From Wenzhouxiangellaceae bacterium (lineage in GTDB: Bacteria; Pseudomonadota; Gammaproteobacteria; Xanthomonadales; Wenzhouxiangellaceae), in contig JAVVET010000001.1 of NCBI GenBank assembly GCA_032251235.1, positions 20,918-84,917 on the forward strand: a stretch of DNA of 64,000 bases, written 5' to 3'. Position 1 is the first letter of the stretch. Each line of letters opens with the position of its first letter. The notes below the pieces were generated by a model, which made no database searches, was not told the origin of the DNA, and saw nothing but the letters and a program-made list of their open reading frames with translations. Positions 56,940 through 64,000 of the stretch are shown piece after piece. The position numbers and the translations under genes are program-made.

Positions 56940-58424
56940 ATGCTTCGATCGATCATCACCGTCGTGTCTGGAATCTGCGTCGCGCTGGCGGCCACTGCGG
57001 AAATTCATCGCGGCCTCGGGCCCTCGCCGGATACGCTGGATATCCACCAGGCCCAGGGTCTGTCGTCGTTCAACCTGCTGCGCGACCTTCACGAAGGCCT
57101 GCTGACGCGCGACGCGCACGGTCGCGCAGTGCCGGCCGTGGCGCGTCGCTGGGAGGTTTCCGAAGACGGCCTTCGCTGGATATTCGAGCTGGACCCCGAG
57201 GCGCGCTGGTCGAATGGCTCGGCCATTACCGCCGAAGACTTCCTGCGCAGTTTTCGTCGCGCCCGCGCGCCCGACACGGCATCGCCGACGGCCAACTGGC
57301 TGGCGCCGATCAGTAGCGTGCGCGCGCCGGCTCGCGACCGGCTCGAAATCGAGCTGTCCCGACCCATCCCGTGGTTCGAGGAACTGCTGACGCTGCCGGC
57401 CACCTTCCCCTATCCGGCCGGCGGCAAGGCCCTGTTCAGCGGCGCGTATCAATTACAGCGTCGTGTGCCGGGCTCGCGTTTTGAATTGGCCCGCAATCCG
57501 CATTATCGCCAGGCCGCCTCGGTGCCCACGTCGCGAATCGTCTGGCACGTCACCGAGGATCCTTCGGCCGAGCTGGCGCGTTTTCGCGCCGGCGAACTGC
57601 ACATCACCGAATCGGTGCCGCCGGGGCGCCACGACTGGCTCGAGGCAGAGCTTGGCCCGTCGCTTCGCATCGCGCCCTACCTGGGCAGCTTTTACCTGGT
57701 GTTCAACCTGGCCCGCCCGCCTTTCGAGAACGCGCGCGACCTGCGTGCGGCGCTGTCGCTGGCGATTGACCGGGAGATCATCGTCGAGCGGGTTCTGGGC
57801 AGCGGCGAGTTGCCGGCCGAACGCCTGGTTCCGCCCGGCATGCCCGGCTGGCCGGGCTCGGGCCTGACAGCTACGGGCGAAGATCCGGCCGATCGCATTG
57901 CACATGCCCGCAGCTTGTATGACAAGGCCGGTTTCGGGCCGAACCGGCCGCTGGTGGTGGAACTGAGGTTCAACTCCTCGCTGCTGCACCGGCGCGTGGC
58001 GGTAGCCGTGGCGGCCATGTGGAAACAGCACTTGGGCGTGCGCACGCGCGTGATCAACGAGGAATGGAAAGTCTTCGTGACCAACCGCCGCCAGGGACGG
58101 ATCACCGAGCTGGTGCGCGGCGGCTGGATTGCCGACTGGGCCGATCCGGGCAACTTTCTCGACAATTTTTACTCCATGAGCCCGCTGAACTATGCTTTTT
58201 ACCGCGATGAGGCCTTCGACCGCCTGATCGATTCGGCGGCAGATCATCAAGGCCACGCGCGCACGGAAATCCTGTGGCGGGCCGAACAGCATTTGCTGGA
58301 TGATCAGGTGATCATCCCGCTGTATTACTATGTATCCCGGCACCTGGTCCGGCCCGAAATTTCCGGCTTCGAGGATAACCTGATGGACATTCACCTTTCG
58401 CGCTGGCTGGAACTGGACCGCTAA
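56940..58424 (+). CDS. Peptide ABC transporter substrate-binding protein (family 5, OppA/DppA-like), paralog 1.
   Basis: It has a signal peptide ([20 protein letters not shown]) and SBP_bac_5 features ([30 protein letters not shown]). Confidence 0.8.
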   Translation: MLRSIITVVSGICVALAATAEIHRGLGPSPDTLDIHQAQGLSSFNLLRDLHEGLLTRDAHGRAVPAVARRWEVSEDGLRWIFELDPEARWSNGSAITAEDFLRSFRRARAPDTASPTANWLAPISSVRAPARDRLEIELSRPIPWFEELLTLPATFPYPAGGKALFSGAYQLQRRVPGSRFELARNPHYRQAASVPTSRIVWHVTEDPSAELARFRAGELHITESVPPGRHDWLEAELGPSLRIAPYLGSFYLVFNLARPPFENARDLRAALSLAIDREIIVERVLGSGELPAERLVPPGMPGWPGSGLTATGEDPADRIAHARSLYDKAGFGPNRPLVVELRFNSSLLHRRVAVAVAAMWKQHLGVRTRVINEEWKVFVTNRRQGRITELVRGGWIADWADPGNFLDNFYSMSPLNYAFYRDEAFDRLIDSAADHQGHARTEILWRAEQHLLDDQVIIPLYYYVSRHLVRPEISGFEDNLMDIHLSRWLELDR

Positions 58425-60218
58425 ATGCAGGCCCGGGCTTCAATCCTTTCCAGGCCTGGTCCGATGACGGCCGCGGCGCTGGCGCTGGGGCTGCTGACCG
58501 CCTGCGCCGACGACCCGGCCGGGTCGCAGCCGGCGCCGCTGCAGCTGCCCGAGCCGGTCGCGCTGCAGTGGACCGATGACGGCCGACCCGATCCTGCCAT
58601 CCTGGCCGAGACCCAGGTGCTGGACCGAGGCAATGGCGATGAGCCGCAAACGCTGGACCCGCACCGCGCCGATGGCGTGCCCACCTCCAATATATTGCGC
58701 GACTTGTTCGAAGGCCTGACGACCACGGCGCCCGATGGTGCCATCGTTCCCGGTGCGGCCGGGCGCTGGGATGTCAGCCGCGACGGCATGACCTATACGT
58801 TTTACCTGCGCGAGACCGGCGGCTGGTCGAACGGCGAGTCGGTCACCGCGGAACACTTCGTGTTCAGCTTTCGCCGCTCGGTCGACCCGGCCACGGCGGC
58901 CGCCTACGGGCGCATGCTGGCGCCGATCGAGAACGCCGATGAAATCCTCGCCGGGCGCATGCCGCCTGCGGCGCTGGGCGTCGAGGCACTCAACGAGCGC
59001 ACCGTGCAGATTCGACTGGACGACCCGACGCCGTATTTCCTGGGCCTGCTCACGCACCCTTCGACTTACCCCGTGCATCCGCCATCGCTGGCCGAATTCG
59101 GCGACGATTTCGTGCGTCCGGGCAATCTCGTGTCCAACGGCGCCTTCGCGCTGGTCGACTGGCAGCCGCGTGCGCGCATCGTGCTCGAGCGCAATCCGCA
59201 TTACCACGCCGCCGGCGAGGTGATCATCGAGCGGGTGGTTTATTACCCGATCGAGGATGAGAACACCGAGTTTCAGCGCTTTCGCGTCGGCGATCTGGAC
59301 TGGACCGCCCAGGTGCCCGGCAACCTGTTTCGCTGGCTCAACGAAAACCTGCCCCAGGCGCTGTCGGTTTCACCGTGGTTCGGCACCTATTTTTTCGGCT
59401 TCAACCTGAGCCGTGAGCCGTTCCAGGACAGCCTGGAGCTGCGGTTGGCGCTGAACCTGGCGGTCGATCGGGAAATCCTGACCGAAAAGGTCACCCAGTT
59501 CGGCGAAATACCGACCTTCAACCTGGTGCCCGACGGGCTGCCCGATTACCACCCGCCGGAACCCGAATATGCCGATCTTTCCCAGACAGAGCGCGAGCAG
59601 ATCGCCCAATCGCTGTATCGCCAGGCCGGCTATTCGGCCGAACGGCCGCTGGAGGTCGAGCTTCGATACAACACGTCGGAAAACCATCGAAAGATCGCCG
59701 TGTCGGTGGCGGCGATGTGGAAACAGGTGCTGGGCGTACGCACCCGGCTGGTCAACGAGGAGTTCCGCGTGTTTTTGCAAAACCGGGCACTCAAGCGCAA
59801 CACCGAGGTTTTTCGCGCCGGCTGGATCGGCGACTACCAGGATGCGTTTACCTTCCTGGAACTGTTTCATTCAGAACACGGGCGCAACGATGTCGGCTAC
59901 GACAACCCGCGCTACGACCGCCTGCTCGAGCAAATCGGCAACGAGCGCATTCCGGCCCGGCGCCGCCGGCTGATGGTCGAAGCCGAGCGCATGCTGCTGG
60001 CCGACCAGGTTGTTCTGCCCATTTATACCTACGTGACCAAGCGCCTGGTCAACCCGCAGCTTAAAGGCTGGGCGGCCAACGTCATGGACTTTCATCCGAG
60101 CCGGCAGATGTTTTTCGTCAAGGCGCGCTCGACGCCCGATCCGACGGCCGAGGCCGAGCCGGGTTCGGCCGACCGGGCGCCCGGCGATGATCCCAACCTG
60201 GCGGACAAAGACGGGTAA
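58425..60218 (+). CDS. Peptide ABC transporter substrate-binding lipoprotein (family 5, OppA-like), paralog 2.
   Basis: It has a lipobox (LGLLTAC) and WSNGESVTAEHF, AGWIGDYQDA. A possible later start at 58464 (MTAAAL...) exists. Confidence 0.8.
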   Translation: MQARASILSRPGPMTAAALALGLLTACADDPAGSQPAPLQLPEPVALQWTDDGRPDPAILAETQVLDRGNGDEPQTLDPHRADGVPTSNILRDLFEGLTTTAPDGAIVPGAAGRWDVSRDGMTYTFYLRETGGWSNGESVTAEHFVFSFRRSVDPATAAAYGRMLAPIENADEILAGRMPPAALGVEALNERTVQIRLDDPTPYFLGLLTHPSTYPVHPPSLAEFGDDFVRPGNLVSNGAFALVDWQPRARIVLERNPHYHAAGEVIIERVVYYPIEDENTEFQRFRVGDLDWTAQVPGNLFRWLNENLPQALSVSPWFGTYFFGFNLSREPFQDSLELRLALNLAVDREILTEKVTQFGEIPTFNLVPDGLPDYHPPEPEYADLSQTEREQIAQSLYRQAGYSAERPLEVELRYNTSENHRKIAVSVAAMWKQVLGVRTRLVNEEFRVFLQNRALKRNTEVFRAGWIGDYQDAFTFLELFHSEHGRNDVGYDNPRYDRLLEQIGNERIPARRRRLMVEAERMLLADQVVLPIYTYVTKRLVNPQLKGWAANVMDFHPSRQMFFVKARSTPDPTAEAEPGSADRAPGDDPNLADKDG

Positions 60219-60355
60219 GGTAGGCAAAATGAGCAATCCGCCATGAGCCATCGAATCTCCAGCCCGCTGCCGGCACCGTCGTTCGGACCGCCGTCGTTCA
60301 GACCGGCATCAGGCATGGCCTGGCGCGCTTTGGAGTGGCCGGGCGTGCCGGAAAC

Positions 60356-61279
60356 ATGCTGAAATATTCACTGAAACGGCTGGCCTCGGCCATACCGACG
60401 CTGCTGATCCTGATTACCGTGGCGTTCTTTCTGATCCGCATCGCGCCGGGCGGGCCATTCGACAGCGAAAAGGCGCTGCCACCCGACATCCAGGCCAACC
60501 TGGAAGCCAAATACCAGCTCGACGATCCGTTGATCGTCCAGTATTTCCACTACCTGGCCGATATTGCACGCTTTGATTTCGGGCCGTCGTTTCATTACCG
60601 CGACTGGAGCGTCAACCAGCTAATCGCCCAGGGCGCGCCGATCTCGTTCATGCTCGGCGGCATGGCACTGGTGCTGGCATTTTTCATCGGCACCACGATC
60701 GGCGTGTTCGCCGCCCTCAAGCAGAATTCGCCGGCCGACTACCTGACCATGTCGCTTGCAATGGTCGGGATTTCGATTCCCAACTTCGTTGCCGCACCGT
60801 TGCTGATCCTGGTGTTTGCGATCTGGCTGGGATGGTTGCCGGCCGGCGGCTGGGACGGGTCCTTTTCGCGCATGATCCTGCCGGCGATCGCGCTGTCGCT
60901 GCCGATGATCGCCTACGTCGCGCGGATTACGCGCGGCTCGATGATCGAGGTGCTGCATGCAAGTTTCATCCGCACCGCGCGCGCCAAGGGGCTGCCCGAA
61001 CGCGAGGTGATCCGCCGGCACGCGCTCAAGCCGGCGCTGCTTCCGGTCATTTCCTACCTGGGCCCGGCCGCGGCGGCAATCCTGACCGGCTCGGTGGTCA
61101 TCGAGCGCATTTTCACCATCCCCGGCATCGGCAGCCATTTCGTCCAGGGCGCGCTCAATCGCGACTACACGCTGGTCATGGGCGTGGTGATTTTCTATGG
61201 CGTGCTGATCATCTTGCTGAACTACCTGGTCGACCTGCTCTATGCCTGGCTGGACCCGAGGATTCGCTATGACCTCTGA
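60356..61279 (+). CDS. oppB: Oligopeptide ABC transporter permease.
   Basis: MLKYSLKRLASAIPTLLILITVAFFLIR is present, together with the EAA-loop region FIRTARAKGLPEREVIRRHALK. Confidence 0.88.
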   Translation: MLKYSLKRLASAIPTLLILITVAFFLIRIAPGGPFDSEKALPPDIQANLEAKYQLDDPLIVQYFHYLADIARFDFGPSFHYRDWSVNQLIAQGAPISFMLGGMALVLAFFIGTTIGVFAALKQNSPADYLTMSLAMVGISIPNFVAAPLLILVFAIWLGWLPAGGWDGSFSRMILPAIALSLPMIAYVARITRGSMIEVLHASFIRTARAKGLPEREVIRRHALKPALLPVISYLGPAAAAILTGSVVIERIFTIPGIGSHFVQGALNRDYTLVMGVVIFYGVLIILLNYLVDLLYAWLDPRIRYDL

Positions 61280-62183
61280 GGTGCCCGGCAACCGGGGCGA
61301 TGCGTTCGAGCAGGCGCTGGACCGTCGCCCGGTCAAGGGGCGTTCGCTGTACGTCGACGCCTGGCAACGGCTGCGGCGCAACAAGGCCGCGGTGGCCGGT
61401 GCCGCGATTTTGCTGCTGATCGTGGCGCTGATCGCAGTTGGCCCGATGCTCAATCCCTGGGACCACGAGATTCCGGACTGGGACCACTATTCGACCCCGC
61501 CGTCGCTGGAGACCGGCCACCTCATGGGCACCGATGCGCTGGGCCGCGACCTGTTCGAACGAGTCATGGTCGGCGGCCGGATTTCGCTGCTGGTCGGGCT
61601 GGTCGCGACGCTGGTATCGCTGGTGATCGGCGTGTCCTACGGCGCCGTTGCCGGCTACCTGGGCGGTCGCGTGGACAACTGGATGATGCGCGCGGTCGAC
61701 GCCATCTACGCGCTGCCGTTCATGTTCTTCGTGATCTTGCTGATGGTCGTTTTCGGGCGCAATATCTTCCTGATCTTCATCGCCATCGGCGCTGTCAACT
61801 GGCTGGATATGGCGCGCATCGTCCGCGGCCAGACGCTGAGCCTGAAAAACAAGGCCTTCATCGAGGCCGCACGTGCCGCCGGTGCCACCGAAATGCGCGT
61901 GGTCCGGAACCACATCGTGCCCAACCTGCTCGGCGTGGTCGTGGTCTATGTCAGCCTGACCATTCCCCAGGTGATTCTGGTCGAATCGTTCCTCAGCTTT
62001 TTGGGCCTCGGCGTGCAGGAGCCGCTCACCAGCTGGGGCGCGCTGGTCAACGAAGGCGCGCAGGAACTCGAAACCGCGCCCTGGTCATTGCTGTTTCCGG
62101 CAAGCTTCCTGGCCGCAACCTTATTTGCATTCAACTTCCTCGGCGACGGTCTGCGCGATGCGCTGGACCCCAAGGACCGATAA
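61269..62183 (+). CDS. oppC: Oligopeptide ABC transporter permease.
   Basis: HLMGTDALGRDLFERVMVGGRISL and FIEAARAAGATEMRVVRNHIVPN are present. It overlaps the oppB stop. Confidence 0.88.
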   Translation: MTSEVPGNRGDAFEQALDRRPVKGRSLYVDAWQRLRRNKAAVAGAAILLLIVALIAVGPMLNPWDHEIPDWDHYSTPPSLETGHLMGTDALGRDLFERVMVGGRISLLVGLVATLVSLVIGVSYGAVAGYLGGRVDNWMMRAVDAIYALPFMFFVILLMVVFGRNIFLIFIAIGAVNWLDMARIVRGQTLSLKNKAFIEAARAAGATEMRVVRNHIVPNLLGVVVVYVSLTIPQVILVESFLSFLGLGVQEPLTSWGALVNEGAQELETAPWSLLFPASFLAATLFAFNFLGDGLRDALDPKDR

Positions 62184-63169
62184 TGGCGCTGCTTGAAATC
62201 AGGGATCTGGTGGTCTCGTTCGACACGCCCGAAGGCCGGGTCCATGCGGTCAACGGCCTGAGCCTGGACCTGGACCCGGGCCAGACACTGGGCATCGTCG
62301 GCGAGTCGGGTTCGGGCAAGACCCAAACGGCCATGGCAATGATGGGCCTGCTGGCCGAGAACGGCCGGGCCAGCGGCTCGGTCAGGTTTCGCGGCCAGCA
62401 ATTGCTGGGTCTGTCGCGGCGCGAAATGACCAGCATTCGCGGCTCCAAGATCTCGATGATCTTCCAGGACCCGGTCAGCTCGCTCAACCCGTATCTTTCG
62501 ATCGGCGATCAGCTGATCGAGGTGCTGACGCATCACCGCAATCTCAAGCACAAGGCGGCCCGCGAGCGCGCCGTCGAAATGCTGCAGCAGGTCGGCCTCA
62601 GCGACCCGCGCCAGCGCATGCGCCAGTATCCGCACCAGCTCTCCGGCGGCATGTGCCAGCGCGTCATGATCGCCATGGGCCTTTTGTGCCAGCCCGACCT
62701 GCTGATCGCCGACGAGCCGACCACGGCGCTCGATGTGACGGTGCAGTCGCAGATCAATACGCTGATGGGCGAACTGTCGGAACAGTCGTCGACGGCGATC
62801 ATGCTGATCACCCACGACCTGGGCGTGGTCGCCGGGCTTTGCGACAAGGTGCTGGTGATGTATGCCGGCGAAGTGATGGAAAGCGCCGATATCGAACCGC
62901 TGTTCGAAGACCCGGCCCACCCGTATACGCAAGGCCTGCTGGAGTCGGTGCCGCGCATGGACCGAAGCGATTCGGGCATCCTCAAGGCCATCCCCGGCAA
63001 CCCGCCGGACCTGATCGATCTGCCGCCCGGCTGCCCGTTTCGGCAACGCTGCCCGTATGCCTTCGATCGATGCATCGAACACCCGGAACTACGGCCGGTC
63101 GACGGCCAGCGTCAAAAGCGCTGCCATCTCGAGGCGCTGCCCAAGATAATGAACGGGCAGGGCAGCTGA
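62183..63169 (+). CDS. oppD: Oligopeptide ABC transporter ATP-binding protein.
   Basis: It has Walker A GESGSGKT, signature LSGGMCQRVMIA, Walker B LLIADEPTTALD and the C-terminal oligopeptide-type CPF..RCP motif. Confidence 0.9.
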   Translation: MALLEIRDLVVSFDTPEGRVHAVNGLSLDLDPGQTLGIVGESGSGKTQTAMAMMGLLAENGRASGSVRFRGQQLLGLSRREMTSIRGSKISMIFQDPVSSLNPYLSIGDQLIEVLTHHRNLKHKAARERAVEMLQQVGLSDPRQRMRQYPHQLSGGMCQRVMIAMGLLCQPDLLIADEPTTALDVTVQSQINTLMGELSEQSSTAIMLITHDLGVVAGLCDKVLVMYAGEVMESADIEPLFEDPAHPYTQGLLESVPRMDRSDSGILKAIPGNPPDLIDLPPGCPFRQRCPYAFDRCIEHPELRPVDGQRQKRCHLEALPKIMNGQGS

Positions 63170-64000
63170 TGCGGGCGCCGGTCCTCAAGGTCGAAGACCT
63201 GTCGGTTCATTTCCAGGTCGACGCCGGCATCGGGCTGTTTCGGCACGACTATCAAACCATCCGCGCCGTGGACCGGGTCAGTTTCGAGCTCGGACCGGCC
63301 GAGACACTGGGCATCGTCGGTGAATCCGGCTGCGGCAAATCGACGCTGGCGCGCGCGATCCTGGGCCTGGTCAAGCCGGCCGGCGGGCGCGTGGTGTGGC
63401 TGGGCGAGAACCTGGCCCGGCTCGATGCCGAGCAGATGCGCAAAAAGCGCAGCGAACTGCAGCTGATCTTCCAGGACCCGTTCGGTTCGCTCGACCCGCG
63501 CATGACGGTCGGGCAGATCGTGGCCGAGCCGCTGAAGAATTTCTATCCGTCGATGTCGCGCATGCAGTTGCGCGAGCGCGTTGCCGGCATGCTCAAGATG
63601 GTCGGCCTGGCGCCCGAACAGATCAACCGCTACCCGCACGAGTTTTCGGGCGGCCAGTGCCAGCGCATCGGCATCGCGCGCGCGCTGGTGGTCAACCCGC
63701 GCCTGGTGGTCTGCGACGAGCCGGTCAGCGCGCTGGACGTTTCGATCCAGGCCCAGATCGTCAACCTGCTCAAGGAACTGCAAAACAAACTGCAACTGGC
63801 GCTGATCTTCATTGCCCATGATTTATCGGTCGTCCAGCACATCTCCGACCGTGTGCTGGTGATGTACCTGGGCCGGGTCATGGAAGTGGCCGACCGTAAC
63901 AGCATTTACAAGAACCCGGCCCACCCCTACACCCGCGCGCTGATCGAATCGGTGCCGATCCCGGACCCGAAGGCCGAACGCGCGCGGGCACGCAAATCGC
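63169..64000 (+). CDS. oppF: Oligopeptide ABC transporter ATP-binding protein. The 3' end lies outside the window.
   Basis: The ATG at 63169 overlaps the oppD TGA. Hand translation gives MRAPVLKVEDLSVHF...GESGCGKSTLARAILGL...FSGGQCQRIGIARAL...VVCDEPVSALD. It is absent from the ORF track because it has no stop in the window. Confidence 0.88.
   Translation, partial: MRAPVLKVEDLSVHFQVDAGIGLFRHDYQTIRAVDRVSFELGPAETLGIVGESGCGKSTLARAILGLVKPAGGRVVWLGENLARLDAEQMRKKRSELQLIFQDPFGSLDPRMTVGQIVAEPLKNFYPSMSRMQLRERVAGMLKMVGLAPEQINRYPHEFSGGQCQRIGIARALVVNPRLVVCDEPVSALDVSIQAQIVNLLKELQNKLQLALIFIAHDLSVVQHISDRVLVMYLGRVMEVADRNSIYKNPAHPYTRALIESVPIPDPKAERARARKS

Noticed and set aside
60218-60355. A tandem 13-nt repeat CCGTCGTTC(G/A)GACC between the second SBP gene and oppB.
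   Set aside because: There are only two imperfect copies in a GC-rich spacer, with no palindromic character or known motif. It is probably slippage of no demonstrable function.

Overview
This is a high-GC (about 65%) proteobacterial chromosomal segment, densely packed with about 55 housekeeping or accessory-metabolism genes. Gene order (radC-coaBC-dut-algC, and a yerC-like gene leading hisGDCBHAF) suggests a Xanthomonadales-like gammaproteobacterium; this is inference only.

Gene content from left to right:
- glnE 3' end, then an LPS core / lipid A block (zinc-finger protein, WaaL-GT2 fusion, lpxL, waaA), tolC and a pcm-like methyltransferase.
- An ECF sigma / DUF3379 anti-sigma pair, followed by a secreted amidohydrolase, an AmpD-like amidase and a hydantoinase-A operon. 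This operon is convergent with an NSS sodium symporter.
- A MacB-type ABC pair plus a DUF3299 gene.
- The complete yerC-hisGDCBHAF operon on the minus strand.
- hppA, plsB-tetR, pyrF, several secreted peptidases/amidohydrolases, and a TPR-GGDEF protein.
- A CtaG/PCuAC/SCO copper-delivery cluster, rpmB-rpmG, an MscK-like channel, and radC-coaBC-dut-algC.
- Plant-type gshA and an opp-like peptide ABC operon with two binding proteins.

I found no CRISPR array, tRNA/rRNA gene, transposase, integrase, prophage or recognisable defence system.

The most interesting signals not explained by the gene calls are:
1. A roughly 168-bp imperfect-palindrome (MITE/ERIC-like) repeat present twice in opposite orientation (42181-42348 and 54715-54881).
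2. The same AATTGCC(N0-1)GGCAATT palindrome in front of both arms of the convergent amidohydrolase/amidase/hydantoinase operon and NSS-transporter module.
3. An in-frame membrane-anchored extension of about 430 aa on AlgC.
4. A WaaL-GT2 fusion.
5. A palindromic operator candidate upstream of the TrpR-like first gene of the his operon.

Many long ORFs in the track are antisense shadow ORFs typical of high-GC DNA and were rejected.
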